A DNA stretch of 62,867 nt, filler included. It is 6 parts of 6 records of this genome, joined end to end, with 100 filler letters (N's around TTAATTAATTAA, not from the genome) between each part and the next. Parts side by side here need not be neighbours in the genome. Positions count along the whole stretch, not along the records: positions 1 to 16,076 come from SRR22947727_4661; positions 16,177 to 22,645 come from SRR22947727_4675; positions 22,746 to 29,384 come from SRR22947727_4694; 3 more parts are not named here. The stretch is one strand, 5' to 3'. The translations under genes and the position numbers were made by a program. Position 1 is the first letter of the stretch. The number at the start of each line of letters is the position of its first letter. Shown here one piece after another: positions 12,184 to 22,844 of this stretch. The notes under the pieces were generated by a model, which saw only the letters and a list, made by a program, of their open reading frames with translations, did not search any database and was not told the DNA's origin.

Positions 12184-12613
12184 AGTATCGCCATATATTA
12201 TTAAAGGAGGAAGTTACACAGATGAACGTGGGGGACTAGAATTCTATAATGATTTTGATATGTCTCAAATTAAACGCATGTATTTTACTACTCATTTTGA
12301 TTCAAAAGTAATTCGTGCTTGGCAAGGTCATACAATTCAAAGTCGTTGGTTTTCTTCAGTACAAGGTAGTTTTGTAGTAAAATTAATTAAAATTGATAAT
12401 TGGGGAAAACCATCTGACGAATTAAAAGTACTTGAATATACATTAACTGCGGAAAAACAAGAAATATTATACATCCCGAAAGGATATGTAAATGGTTTTA
12501 AAGCATTAAAAAATAATTCTAAATTAATGATCATGTCGAACTATGGTTTTAATGAAATAGAAAACGATGAAATACGATTTGATAAAAATAAATGGTCTAA
12601 ATGGGACAATTAG
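12176..12613 (+). CDS. WxcM-like/RmlC-like cupin sugar epimerase
   Basis: DERG...RAWQGH...IPKGYVNGF cupin motifs. Confidence 0.75.
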   Translation: MNKVSPYIIKGGSYTDERGGLEFYNDFDMSQIKRMYFTTHFDSKVIRAWQGHTIQSRWFSSVQGSFVVKLIKIDNWGKPSDELKVLEYTLTAEKQEILYIPKGYVNGFKALKNNSKLMIMSNYGFNEIENDEIRFDKNKWSKWDN

Positions 12614-13734
12614 TTAGAGTAGGGATTACTGGTCAAGCAGGATTTATGGGGAGTCATCTCTATAATTTTTTAGGTACAAAATTAGAGCAAATTAAACGAA
12701 TTGATTTTAAAAGGGATTATTTTGAAGATGAATCTAAACTACAAAATTTCGTAAAATCATGTGATGTTATCGTGCATATTGCAGCAATGAATAGGTGCGA
12801 AAATGAGCAAGTATTGTACAATACAAATGTTGGTTTAGTGCATAAACTTGTGAATGCTTGTGAAGAAACAAAATCAATTCCCAAAATAATTTTTTCATCC
12901 TCAACACAAGAAGAAATAGACAACTTATACGGAAAGTCTAAACGTGATGGGAGAAAGTGTTTAGAGGCTTGGGCGACTAATAATAATGGACAAGTTACTT
13001 CATTGATTATTCCAAATGTATTTGGCCCTTTTGGAAGACCGTTCTACAACTCTTTTATAGCTACATTTTCACACCAAATTATACAAGGAAATGAACCAAA
13101 AGTTGTCAATGATAGTATAGTTAACTTAATTTATATTAACGAACTTTCAGAAGTTTTTTATAGTGAAATTGTAAGAAAAGATTCAGAAAATATAAAATCG
13201 CATATTATTCCACATTCTTCATCACATAGAGTATCTGAAATTTTAAGATTACTAAAAGAATTTAAAAACAAATACTTCGAAAATGCTCAAGTTCCGAATG
13301 TAAACTTAGGTTCTTTTGAATTAGATTTATTCAATACTTTTACAAGTTTTATACCTAAAGATTATTTTCCAAGAAAATTTATAAAACATACTGATGAAAG
13401 AGGTGCGTTTGTTGAAATTATGCGCGCTGAGAGTGCTGGTCAATCCTCCTATTCTACAACGGTTCCGGGAATTACTCGTGGGAATCACTATCACACACGT
13501 AAAGTAGAACGTTTTGCAGTTATCAGCGGAAAGGCATCTATTCAACTTAGAAAAGTTGACTCAGAGGAAGTCATAGAATACATATTAGACGGAGAACAGC
13601 CAGCTTATGTTGACATGCCAATTTGGTATACACACAATATAACTAATATTGGAGATACAGATTTAATAACATTGTTCTGGATAAACGAACCATACAACCC
13701 AGAAGATGCAGACACCTATTTTGTTAGTGTATAA
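12601..13734 (+). CDS. fnlB: FnlB (CapF/WbjC) SDR-cupin reductase/epimerase
   Basis: N-terminal SDR (GITGQAGFMG, YGKSK, PNVFG) plus C-terminal cupin (RGNHYHTRKVERF). Confidence 0.88.
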   Translation: MGQLVRVGITGQAGFMGSHLYNFLGTKLEQIKRIDFKRDYFEDESKLQNFVKSCDVIVHIAAMNRCENEQVLYNTNVGLVHKLVNACEETKSIPKIIFSSSTQEEIDNLYGKSKRDGRKCLEAWATNNNGQVTSLIIPNVFGPFGRPFYNSFIATFSHQIIQGNEPKVVNDSIVNLIYINELSEVFYSEIVRKDSENIKSHIIPHSSSHRVSEILRLLKEFKNKYFENAQVPNVNLGSFELDLFNTFTSFIPKDYFPRKFIKHTDERGAFVEIMRAESAGQSSYSTTVPGITRGNHYHTRKVERFAVISGKASIQLRKVDSEEVIEYILDGEQPAYVDMPIWYTHNITNIGDTDLITLFWINEPYNPEDADTYFVSV

Positions 13735-13749
13735 TTTAAAAAAAAAACA

Positions 13750-14889
13750 ATGAAAAAACTAAAAGTATTAACAGTAGTTGGAACACGACCAGAAATTATT
13801 CGATTATCATGTACATTAATTGCACTAGATAAAAGTGAAGCTATAGAACATATTTTAGTGCATACAGGACAAAACTATGATTACGAACTAAACGAAATAT
13901 TCTTTGATGATTTAGGACTTAAAAAACCAGACTATTTCTTGGAAGCTGCGGGAAAAAATGCAACGGAAACAATTGGGAAAATTCTAATTAAAATTGATCC
14001 AATTTTAGAAAAAGAAAATCCAGATGCTTTCTTAGTGTTAGGAGATACAAATTCTTGTTTATGTGCAATTCCTGCAAAAAAACGTAAAATTCCTGTATTT
14101 CACATGGAAGCTGGAAATCGCTGTTTTGATCAGCGTGTCCCTGAAGAAACTAATCGTAAAATTGTTGATCACGTCTCAGACATCAATCTCACATACAGTA
14201 GTATTGCTCGTGAATATTTATTAAGAGAAGGATTATCACCCGATAGAGTTATCAAGACTGGAAGTCCAATGTATGAAGTGTTACATAAGTTTCTGCCAAA
14301 AATTGAAGCTTCAGCAGTATTAAAGGATTTAGGATTAGAGAAAAATAAATTTTTCGTGGTATCATCCCACAGAGAAGAAAATATAAGTAATCCCAAAAAC
14401 TTTAAAGGATTAATAGATTCTTTAAATCAAATAGCAGAAATATATGATTATCCAATCATAGTTTCTACGCATCCAAGAACTAGAAATATGTTGAATAATA
14501 AAGACATGAAAATACACAAAAATATTAAGTTATTAAAACCGCTAAGTTTTTCTGACTACAATGCATTACAGATGTATTCGTTTGCTGTATTATCAGATTC
14601 CGGAACTATTTCAGAAGAATCCTCTATTTTAAACTTCCCCGCACTTAATATTAGAGATGCTCATGAGCGTCCTGAAGCAATGGAAGAAGCTTCTGTAATG
14701 ATGGTTGGATTGAACCCTGAACGTATTATCCAAGGTTTAACAGTTTTGACTACACAAGTAAGAGGTGTTAATAGAAATTTTAGAGAAGTCTACGATTATT
14801 CTATGCCCAACGTTAGTGATAAAATAGTAAGGATTATCATTTCTTACACTGATTATATAAATAGAGTTGTATGGAGTAAGAATCTATAA
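13750..14889 (+). CDS. fnlC: UDP-N-acetylhexosamine 2-epimerase FnlC (CapG/WbjD)
   Basis: VGTRPEIIRLS, HTGQNYD, HMEAGNRCFD, SDSGTISEE; follows fnlA-fnlB. Confidence 0.9.
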   Translation: MKKLKVLTVVGTRPEIIRLSCTLIALDKSEAIEHILVHTGQNYDYELNEIFFDDLGLKKPDYFLEAAGKNATETIGKILIKIDPILEKENPDAFLVLGDTNSCLCAIPAKKRKIPVFHMEAGNRCFDQRVPEETNRKIVDHVSDINLTYSSIAREYLLREGLSPDRVIKTGSPMYEVLHKFLPKIEASAVLKDLGLEKNKFFVVSSHREENISNPKNFKGLIDSLNQIAEIYDYPIIVSTHPRTRNMLNNKDMKIHKNIKLLKPLSFSDYNALQMYSFAVLSDSGTISEESSILNFPALNIRDAHERPEAMEEASVMMVGLNPERIIQGLTVLTTQVRGVNRNFREVYDYSMPNVSDKIVRIIISYTDYINRVVWSKNL

Positions 14890-14909
14890 TTAAGCTTATT
14901 ATAACTAAA

Positions 14910-16076
14910 ATGAAGTTTTTAATAGTTTCGCAATATTTTTGGCCTGAAGAGTTTAGAATAAATGACCTGGCATTAGAGTTAGTAAAAAAAGGTCATGAAG
15001 TTCATGTAATTACAGGTAACCCAAATTACCCAAAGGGAGATTTTATTAAAGGATACGGCTTTAAATATTTAACCGAAACTCATCATGGAGTTAAAATTTT
15101 TAGAGTTCCAATTTTCCCTAGACGAAATAACTCTTTAATGCTTGTATTGAATTATTTGTCATTTATTTTTTTTGGTGGTTTGTTTTCCTATTTTCACAAA
15201 GAAAAATATGACAGAGTATTTTCGGTAAATTATTCTCCAATAACTGCAATTTTACCTGCAATTATTTATTGTAAAAAAAACAAAGTAAAACTATCAATTT
15301 GGGTTCAAGATTTATGGCCTGAAAGTATTATAGCTGCAAGTAATGTCCAATCAGAAAGTATACAGAAATGGGTTGGTAAATTAGTTAAATTTATCTATTT
15401 AAAATCAGATTTAATTTTTGTTTCAAATTATGACTTCAAATACTCAATAATTGAAAAAGGAATTTCGAGTGAAAAAATTAAGTTTTTTCCAAATTGGGCC
15501 GAAGATTTTTTTATTAATACCAAAGAACTTAAGCCCGTTAGAAAAGATTTTAGCATCCCTGATGGTTTTGTAATAATGTTTGCAGGTAATTTGGGAGAAG
15601 CACAAGATTTAGAAGCTGTTTTAAATGCAGCAGAGTTAACAAAAGAAAATCATTCTATACAATGGGTTTTTATTGGAGATGGAAGAAAATTTAAGTATTT
15701 AAAAGAAACAATAAAAGAAAAAGAATTAACAAAGACCGTTTCGCTATTAGGAAGGTTTCCAACTGAAAGTATGCCGTCATTTTTTAAATTAGCTGATATA
15801 ATGTTAGTGTCTTTAAAAGATGAATATATCTTTTCTCTAACTGTTCCAGGAAAGGTACAATCTTATATGGCATCAAGTAAACCAATACTAGCAATGTTAA
15901 ATGGAGCCGGTTCTAAAGTTGTTTTAGAAGCCAATTGTGGTCTTGTCGCAAATGCTGGAGATTACAAGAAATTAGCTAAAAATGTTTTAGAAAGTTATGC
16001 TTTATCAAATGAAACATTAGAAGGTTTGGGATCCAATGCATTTAATTTTTATTTAAAAAACTATTCAAAGGAGAAA
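14910..16076 (+). CDS. GT4 glycosyltransferase (WbuB/CapL-like), 3'-truncated at contig end
   Basis: SQYFWPE, GNPNYP, QDLWPES, FAGNLGEAQ, PGKVQSYMA; follows fnlABC. Confidence 0.85.
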
Positions 16077-16176
16077 NNNNNNNNNNNNNNNNNNNNNNNN
16101 NNNNNNNNNNNNNNNNNNNNTTAATTAATTAANNNNNNNNNNNNNNNNNNNNNNNNNNNNNNNNNNNNNNNNNNNN
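16077..16176. other. Artificial contig-joining linker
   Basis: N44-TTAATTAATTAA-N44, giving stops in all six frames. Confidence 0.99.
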
Positions 16177-16206
16177 CCTCTTTGATAATATAATAAGATG
16201 CATACC
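16177..16206. repeat. 30-bp terminal inverted repeat, left copy (partner 22616-22645)
   Basis: CCTCTTTGATAATATAATAAGATGCATACC is the exact reverse complement of 22616-22645. Confidence 0.95.
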
Positions 16207-16755
16207 CATTTTTTTTGGAATTATGAGATTACGTGGACTATCCTCAAAGAAAATAGCCGAGTTGGGATCAATTTGATAGTGCTCGCAGAAAATATTGTAC
16301 GCATTTTCATTAGGTTTGGGATTGTAATTTGTATCTTCAATTCCAAAACTTCCATCAAATAAATCATTAAGGTTTAAATGATTTGTTACATTTAAAGCAT
16401 GCTTTCGAGATCCATTGGTGAACACAAACTTTCTTCCTTTGAGTAATTGTATATTTTCACGAAGTTTTGGCTGGGGTATTAAAAATGATAAATTTACATC
16501 ATGAACAAATTCTAGAAATTCTTCTGGATCCATATTGTAAACATCCATCAGTCCTGAAAGTGATGTACCGTAGTCTCTTAGAAAGTTTTTTTGCTGTAGG
16601 CGTGCATTAGTTTCAGGAATTTTAAGGTATTTACTAATATATAAAGTTATTTTCTTATCGATCTGTGAAAAAAAATCTGCATCAGCTCGGTACAGTGTAT
16701 TATCTAAATCAAAAATCCAATTATTTATATTTGAAAGGCTAGGTTTTTGTTTCAT
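16177..16755 (-). CDS. Pyrimidine 5'-nucleotidase (HAD superfamily), 3'-truncated
   Basis: WIFDLDNTLY, YGTSLSGL, FTNG, PKP, FFEDSPRNL motifs. Confidence 0.88.
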
Positions 16756-16787
16756 ATGTAGCTTATTAATTAATTTATTAAGACGTT

Positions 16788-17822
16788 TTAAAAATCATTA
16801 TTAGTGAGAGTTACTGTTAGACCTAAGATATTGGATGGAAGTTGTCTAAATTGCGCATCATCGTATCCAGACAATATACAATTAATGTTAGTTATTGCTG
16901 AAAATTTAGAATTAGAAATACAAAAGTTTTTGGCCGAAGCCTTATTAGATATTATATCAGAATACCCTTTCTCTTCTTCTGATTTTATGATGCCTTTAGA
17001 TTCTTTGCGAGCAAAATAATAAGTTTTTTTAGAATTAAGTTTTCTATTTATAATTTGTTTGCATTTCCCGATTTTTATATTCCACCATCCACGTGATGAT
17101 ATTTCTTTTCTATTCTCAATACCTAGGGCAGTCCAGATAGGTGCGTCTGTTCTATTGCAAATGGTAAGGCCCATTTTTTGACCTTCTTTTTCAGCCACCT
17201 TGGAAAGCTTTTGCATTAACAACTTTTTGTCAATTTCACTTTCTAATTTATGTAATTTTTTAAAATCACTTAAAGCCTGGATAGTTTTTTTTCCTGAAAT
17301 ACCATCAATTTTATTTATATTGTAACCATTATCCCGCAATAATCGCTGAGTTCCAGCTGTTATTGCTTTCTTTTTATAGTCATTTTTTTCTATTAAATAA
17401 CTTATATTTTCTCTAGGCCCGATTACTCTAAAGAAACTAGATTCTAGATTATTTTCTCGGCAGTTTCTTGAAATGCTTGCTGATGCAGAAGCTATATTTT
17501 TACAAATTGGATTTTCACCTCGCCACTCTCTAATCCCACCTTGATGAATAGGACTGCTTTTTGCATATATATATCTTCGGTAACTATTTAATACTTCTTT
17601 GTTTATGCATTCACCTGGGTAAATTTCGGTATTCTGATTTATTTTATATTCATTCGCTTCTACATCTTTATAGGCAGTTGATACTTTTAATATGAAGCTT
17701 GTCTCATTGCAAATTTCCCAATTTTGGGAAATGTCACTTTGTAATACATCTTGTTGTGAGATTTCAGAGAATGCTTGGATTGAATAGGTCAGACTAAAAA
17801 AAATATAAATAAAAGTTTTCAT
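16788..17822 (-). CDS. Secreted DUF1036-like protein with central peptidoglycan-binding domain
   Basis: Signal peptide; two ICN.T...(S.GWW) repeats flanking QRLLRDNGY...[11 protein letters not shown]-binding motif. Confidence 0.7.
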   Translation of the reverse strand: MKTFIYIFFSLTYSIQAFSEISQQDVLQSDISQNWEICNETSFILKVSTAYKDVEANEYKINQNTEIYPGECINKEVLNSYRRYIYAKSSPIHQGGIREWRGENPICKNIASASASISRNCRENNLESSFFRVIGPRENISYLIEKNDYKKKAITAGTQRLLRDNGYNINKIDGISGKKTIQALSDFKKLHKLESEIDKKLLMQKLSKVAEKEGQKMGLTICNRTDAPIWTALGIENRKEISSRGWWNIKIGKCKQIINRKLNSKKTYYFARKESKGIIKSEEEKGYSDIISNKASAKNFCISNSKFSAITNINCILSGYDDAQFRQLPSNILGLTVTLTNNDF

Positions 17823-18682
17823 TTAATCAAAGTTCCAGCACCTTGATCTGTAAATAGCTCCACTAAGAGGCCATGAGGTTTTCGGCCATCTAAGATTACT
17901 ACCGCTTTAACGCCCCTTGAAATAGAATCAATTGCTGTCTTAAGTTTAGGTATCATTCCAGCCTTAGCAACACCCTCTTCGATTAAGATTTCAGCGTCAT
18001 CAATGGATAAGTCTGTGAGTAAATTCTTGTCATTATCCATCACTCCTTCAACATCTGTAAGTAGCATCAAGCGTGATGCCTTTAAGGCACCGGCCAATAT
18101 TCCGGCAGCTGTATCGGCATTAACATTATAAAAATTACCATCATTACCACTACTTATTGGGGATATCACTGGAATAAAACCTGGTTCTGCTGAAGTTAAA
18201 ACATTTAAGACTGATATATCGGTTGCTTCAGGGGTTCCAGTGAACCCTAAACTACTATCTTTTTGTGTTGCCGTAATTAGGTTTGCGTCACGTCCAGACA
18301 GTCCAACTGCACGCCCACCTGCATCATTTATGGCCTGTACTATTGATTTATTTATAGCTCCTGAAAGAACCATTTCAGCTACTGCTACAGTTTCAATATC
18401 AGATACCCGTAAGCCATCCACAAACTCTGTTTTAATCTTAAGTTTTTCTAGCATAGAACCAATTTGCGGTCCCCCGCCATGAACAATAATTGGACATAGA
18501 CCAAATTGTTTTAGGAGAACTACATCGCGTGCAAACTGCATTGTAAGGTCTTTATTGCCCATTGCATGGCCACCAAACTTAATAACTATAGTTTGGCCAG
18601 AGTACCTTTGTATGAATGGCAAAGCTTCTGAAAGTTCTTTTGCACTTTTCCAGCCTGTTTGTATTTCTTGCCGTTTCAACAT
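17819..18682 (-). CDS. argB: Acetylglutamate kinase
   Basis: [35 protein letters not shown]. Confidence 0.95.
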   Translation of the reverse strand: MLKRQEIQTGWKSAKELSEALPFIQRYSGQTIVIKFGGHAMGNKDLTMQFARDVVLLKQFGLCPIIVHGGGPQIGSMLEKLKIKTEFVDGLRVSDIETVAVAEMVLSGAINKSIVQAINDAGGRAVGLSGRDANLITATQKDSSLGFTGTPEATDISVLNVLTSAEPGFIPVISPISSGNDGNFYNVNADTAAGILAGALKASRLMLLTDVEGVMDNDKNLLTDLSIDDAEILIEEGVAKAGMIPKLKTAIDSISRGVKAVVILDGRKPHGLLVELFTDQGAGTLIK

Positions 18683-18758
18683 TACCACCTCTGTATTTAT
18701 TATCCTGAAGTAAGAACTATATCTTTAAAAAAACAATATTACACTAGTTTTACAATAT

Positions 18759-19412
18759 CTAGGGTATTGCTATATTTGCTATGGTTGTACGCAATTCATC
18801 CAAACCATTTTTTTTCTCGGAGGATGTTAGTATTATATTTGGGTATGCTGCTGGACGTTTGGTAATTAAAGCTGCCGTTTTTATATAAACTTCATCTATC
18901 TCACTTTTTTTAATTTTATCAATTTTTGTCAAAACTATCTGATATGTGACAGCTGTTTCATCCAGCATATTCATAAGCTCTATATCATTTTCTTTGGTTC
19001 CATGGCGACTATCGATTAACAAAAAAACGCGGCGTAATGATGCCCTTCCAAATAAAAACTCTCTTGTTAATTTAGTCCATCTAACTATGTCGGACTTTGA
19101 TGCTTTTGCATACCCATAACCAGGTAAGTCAACAATAAATAACCTTTCGTCAATGTTGAAATAGTTTAACTCCCTAGTTCGGCCAGGGGTATTTGAAGCT
19201 CTTGCCAGCCCTTTTCTATTTGTTAGTGCATTAATTAAACTAGATTTTCCAACATTAGATCTACCTGCGAAACATATTTCGGGAAGTCGAGCTGGAGGAA
19301 GAGTATCAAGGCTAACTGCACTAAGCATGAAAGTTACATCTCTGGCAAATAACAAACGTCCTTTTTCAATACCATTTTTTGAAATAGATAATGGGTTATC
19401 ACTTTTAACCAT
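18759..19412 (-). CDS. engB: Ribosome biogenesis GTPase EngB/YihA/YsxC
   Basis: GRSNVGKSSLIN, PGRT, DLPGYG, TKID. Confidence 0.95.
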   Translation of the reverse strand: MVKSDNPLSISKNGIEKGRLLFARDVTFMLSAVSLDTLPPARLPEICFAGRSNVGKSSLINALTNRKGLARASNTPGRTRELNYFNIDERLFIVDLPGYGYAKASKSDIVRWTKLTREFLFGRASLRRVFLLIDSRHGTKENDIELMNMLDETAVTYQIVLTKIDKIKKSEIDEVYIKTAALITKRPAAYPNIILTSSEKKNGLDELRTTIANIAIP

Positions 19413-21163
19413 TATTCTTTACCAGATGTATTTTTACCTGTTATTTTTCTCCAGAATTCATCAACTGGAGTGTCGACTTTAAACTTCCTAGTTATGTAAT
19501 ACTGCTGTCCAAAAGATAAAATATTATTCCAAACCCAATATATTAAAAGCCCTGCGGCAAAAGGTGAAAGAATAAACATAAAGATCCAAGGCATCCATTT
19601 AAATATTTTGGCCTGCATTGGGTCTCCTGCCGGCGGAGTTAATGTATACATGAGACTCATTGATATGCCGTATAAAATTGCTAGAGGCCCAATTGCAAGA
19701 ATTGATGGTATGGGTCCAGGAACTGCTTCCCAAGGTAATATGCCAAACCCATTTAAAATTGAGAGTGGATCTTTAGCTGATAGGTCACGTATCCAACCAA
19801 AGAAGGGCTCATGGCGTAAATCAATATTAATAAAAACAGCTTTATAAAGTGAGAAAAATACAAAAATAGTAGGTATTATAGGTAAGCAACCTGCTGCGGG
19901 GTTTACTCCCTCTTTTCTGTAGAGACCCATCATTTCTTGTTGCATTTTCATTCTGTCATCTTTGTAAAGCTCTTGCAGCCTTTTTACTTTTGGCTGCACT
20001 TTTTTCATTTTAGCTTGGCTTTCATATTGTTTGTTAAATAAGGGAAACATGAATAACTTTATAAAAAATGTTAAAACGAGAATTCCAACTCCATAATTAC
20101 CTAGCTTTGAACCTAGGAAACTTAGTGTCCAGCTTATGGGCCTAACAATCAAGCGCATTGCTCCCCAGTCAATTGCTCTTTCCATTTCTGCTATCCCTTG
20201 GGACTCATAATTTACTAAAGTTGAGCGTTCTTTAGGCCCAACATATAGGTGACTTATAGATTCCACTGAAGAGCCTGAGGTTATTGTAAGGGGACTAAGA
20301 GTGTAAGAGGTTTCATATACGTCTTGTGTATTTATGGTTTTAAAATCATAATTCACTTTGATAGTTTGGTCTTGTGGTGCAATATTGGCAATAAACCAGT
20401 ATTTATCAGTCAACCCTGCCCAGCCAGCTTTTCCAGTTTCACTCCAGTTACTTTTTTTCTTAAGACCTTTATATTTTTGATCGTGATACTTTCCGTCAAT
20501 TAATGAAATTGGACCTTCTTGGACAATAAAAAAGTTAGTTAGGTCATCAGGTAGATTGTGTTGACGACTTACTCCAACTCGAGTGATAGTTTTTTCACTG
20601 CTGCTTAAATTTACCACTTTATCAGATAGTGTGATTAAAAACTTATCGTCTATAGATATTTTTCTTTGAACTAGGAGTTCATCCTTTAAATACTCAAGAA
20701 ATACAGGTGAAGTTTCAGTGAGAGTCTCTCCAGAGACTAATGTCCAATTTGTATCAGATCCATTTCCTCCATTAATATTTGTCCAGTTGTCCATTAGATA
20801 AGCTGATTTTTCTTTTCCTTCTTGAGCTAATAGAATGACTGAACCATTCTCAACATCTAAGGTTTTGTTGTAATTTTTTAATGCAATATCATCAAACCTT
20901 GAGCCTTCTGTAATGAACGACCCAGAGATAGAGGCGGTTTCTATATTGATTCTTTGACCAGTCGGACCTTTAGTTTTTAAGGTTTGGTTTCTGATTGATA
21001 GCTCAATGTCTTTTTTTGTGTCTTGACTGAGTTCTAATGCAGCATTTTCTCTCGCCATTTCTTCTAATGGCTGCCCATAGAAAAACCAATACCCCATGAG
21101 CACTAAACCCGATAGTAACATGGCTAAGATAAAATTTTTCTGGTCATTACCTTGGTCTTGCAT
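19412..21163 (-). CDS. yidC: Membrane protein insertase YidC
   Basis: DKYW, IDWG, GNYGVGI, NPAAGCLP, WIRDLS, IYWVWNN. Confidence 0.95.
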   Translation of the reverse strand: MQDQGNDQKNFILAMLLSGLVLMGYWFFYGQPLEEMARENAALELSQDTKKDIELSIRNQTLKTKGPTGQRINIETASISGSFITEGSRFDDIALKNYNKTLDVENGSVILLAQEGKEKSAYLMDNWTNINGGNGSDTNWTLVSGETLTETSPVFLEYLKDELLVQRKISIDDKFLITLSDKVVNLSSSEKTITRVGVSRQHNLPDDLTNFFIVQEGPISLIDGKYHDQKYKGLKKKSNWSETGKAGWAGLTDKYWFIANIAPQDQTIKVNYDFKTINTQDVYETSYTLSPLTITSGSSVESISHLYVGPKERSTLVNYESQGIAEMERAIDWGAMRLIVRPISWTLSFLGSKLGNYGVGILVLTFFIKLFMFPLFNKQYESQAKMKKVQPKVKRLQELYKDDRMKMQQEMMGLYRKEGVNPAAGCLPIIPTIFVFFSLYKAVFINIDLRHEPFFGWIRDLSAKDPLSILNGFGILPWEAVPGPIPSILAIGPLAILYGISMSLMYTLTPPAGDPMQAKIFKWMPWIFMFILSPFAAGLLIYWVWNNILSFGQQYYITRKFKVDTPVDEFWRKITGKNTSGKE

Positions 21164-21182
21164 AATTTTGCCGTTCTAATTT

Positions 21183-21542
21183 TTAAATACTTTTTTTGCT
21201 CATTTTTGAGATGCTTGCAAGGGCACCGCGTGCATTACTTATTAAATTTCTGTATGGAGTTGATGACGTGGAATTGCGAGCAATAAAAACGTAATCCACT
21301 CCATTTATACCAAGTTCAGGTAGTAACTCACGAGCCACATGTCTTAGGCGCCGTTTGGCTTTATTTCTTACTACAGCATTACCAATCTTTTTTGTGGCCG
21401 TGAAACCCACCCTAATGTTATTGCTACTGGGGCTGTTATTCGCTTGAATAGTAAGGTTTTTGCAAGCTTTGTATTTACCTGATCTTACGTGTAAAAACTC
21501 GGACCGCGTTTTTAGCACCCCGAGTTTAATATGTTTTTCCAT
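21183..21542 (-). CDS. rnpA: Ribonuclease P protein component
   Basis: RVGFTATKKIGNAVVRNKAKRRLR motif. Confidence 0.95.
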   Translation of the reverse strand: MEKHIKLGVLKTRSEFLHVRSGKYKACKNLTIQANNSPSSNNIRVGFTATKKIGNAVVRNKAKRRLRHVARELLPELGINGVDYVFIARNSTSSTPYRNLISNARGALASISKMSKKSI

Positions 21543-21565
21543 GGGACGGTATCACGTAAGCCTGT

Positions 21566-21700
21566 TTAAGCTGACAGAACCTTACGGCCTTTTGCACGAC
21601 GACGGGCCAGTACTGCTCGTCCATTTTTAGTAGCCATACGTGATCTAAATCCATGTCGACGTTTGCGAACCAATACGGATGGTTGAAAAGTACGTTTCAT
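21566..21700 (-). CDS. rpmH: 50S ribosomal protein L34 (not in ORF track)
   Basis: Manual translation [51 protein letters not shown]. Confidence 0.97.
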   Translation of the reverse strand: MKRTFQPSVLVRKRRHGFRSRMATKNGRAVLARRRAKGRKVLSA

Positions 21701-21745
21701 ATTAGTCTCCGAAGCAGTCGTAGCTACTTTTGTAATCAATGCGGC

Positions 21746-21775
21746 TCATTAATCTCGAATGTTTAATCTGTCAAG
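21746..21775 (-). promoter_or_regulatory. Putative sigma70 promoter of rpmH operon
   Basis: CTTGACA on the minus strand about 70 nt upstream of rpmH, followed by an AT-rich -10-like segment. Confidence 0.4.
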
Positions 21776-22012
21776 CATAGTAAGATGTTTATAAAGATAA
21801 ATTTTAATATATTCACGGATAAGTTTTTTTACTGGATCATGTCATGCTCCTCTAATATAAAAGACTCATACTCTTTTTGTTTTATATTATGAATATCTCT
21901 TCATCAGGCTTATAGTATTTTTATGTGTATGGTAAAGAATAGTAGACCTGTTATTAGTTAAGCAATAGAAACTGAATATTTACATCAATAAATTAAAAGC
22001 CTGGAGTCAATT

Positions 22013-22588
22013 ATGGTAAAAGCTAAACTTGATTATTATGTTCATGAAAGTTCTTACATAGACAATGATGTAATAATTGGAAGTGGAACTAAAATATGGC
22101 ATTTTTCTCATATATTATCAGGGACAAGGATTGGAAAAAATTGTTCATTCGGACAAAATGTAATGGCCGGCCCTGATGTAATAATTGGCAATGGCTGTAA
22201 AATACAAAATAACGTTGCACTGTATAAAGGAGTTATCCTAGAGGACGGTGTGTTTTGTGGACCATCGATGGTTTTTACTAATGTGGCAACGCCGCGATCT
22301 GAAGTAAATAGACAAAATGAATACTCTAAAACATTGGTGCGTAAAGGTGCAACTATTGGTGCAAATGCAACCATAGTGTGCGGCCATGAATTGGGTGAGT
22401 ATTGCTTTATAGCTGCTGGAGCAGTTGTAACAAAAGATGTAATTCCTCATGCTGTTATGGCTGGTGTACCAGCAAAACAGATTGGATGGGTAGCTCATAG
22501 CGGAGAAATGCTTGGAAAAAACCTTGTTTGTCCTCGTACTGGGGATGCTTACGAAATAGTTGATAATAGTCTGAAACAGAAAATTTAG
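22013..22588 (+). CDS. Hexapeptide-repeat sugar N-acetyltransferase (WbpD/WlbB-like)
   Basis: KIWHFSH, GQNV, KIQNNV, FCGPSMVFTNV, GATIGANAT, GVPAKQIGW. Confidence 0.88.
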   Translation: MVKAKLDYYVHESSYIDNDVIIGSGTKIWHFSHILSGTRIGKNCSFGQNVMAGPDVIIGNGCKIQNNVALYKGVILEDGVFCGPSMVFTNVATPRSEVNRQNEYSKTLVRKGATIGANATIVCGHELGEYCFIAAGAVVTKDVIPHAVMAGVPAKQIGWVAHSGEMLGKNLVCPRTGDAYEIVDNSLKQKI

Positions 22589-22615
22589 AACTAGACAATT
22601 AAAATTTTAGCAATA

Positions 22616-22645
22616 GGTATGCATCTTATTATATTATCAAAGAGG
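22616..22645. repeat. 30-bp terminal inverted repeat, right copy
   Basis: GGTATGCATCTTATTATATTATCAAAGAGG. Confidence 0.95.
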
Positions 22646-22745
22646 NNNNNNNNNNNNNNNNNNNNNNNNNNNNNNNNNNNNNNNNNNNNTTAATTAATTA
22701 ANNNNNNNNNNNNNNNNNNNNNNNNNNNNNNNNNNNNNNNNNNNN
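22646..22745. other. Artificial contig-joining linker
   Basis: N44-TTAATTAATTAA-N44. Confidence 0.99.
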
Positions 22746-22844
22746 TGCTTGTTAAGAAATACTGTGACTTCAGCTTATCGTCATGCAGGTTTGGATGATC
22801 CTAGAGGAACAGTTAGTTAAATAATAAAACCCGTTATAAAAAAA

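Noticed and set aside
16121-16132. Repeated TTAATTAATTAA palindrome (five copies)
   Set aside because: Always centred in N runs; an artificial six-frame stop linker, not a biological repeat or CRISPR
21701-22012. Possible replication origin next to rpmH
   Set aside because: No dnaA and no cluster of TTATCCACA boxes seen
14910-22588. Apparent link between the contig-1 polysaccharide locus, the WbpD-like acetyltransferase and the contig-6 glycan genes
   Set aside because: They lie on different contigs separated by linkers and probably come from different organisms
22746-22820. C-terminal fragment of a plus-strand gene (CLLRNTVTSAYRHAGLDDPRGTVS*)
   Set aside because: Too short to assign a product
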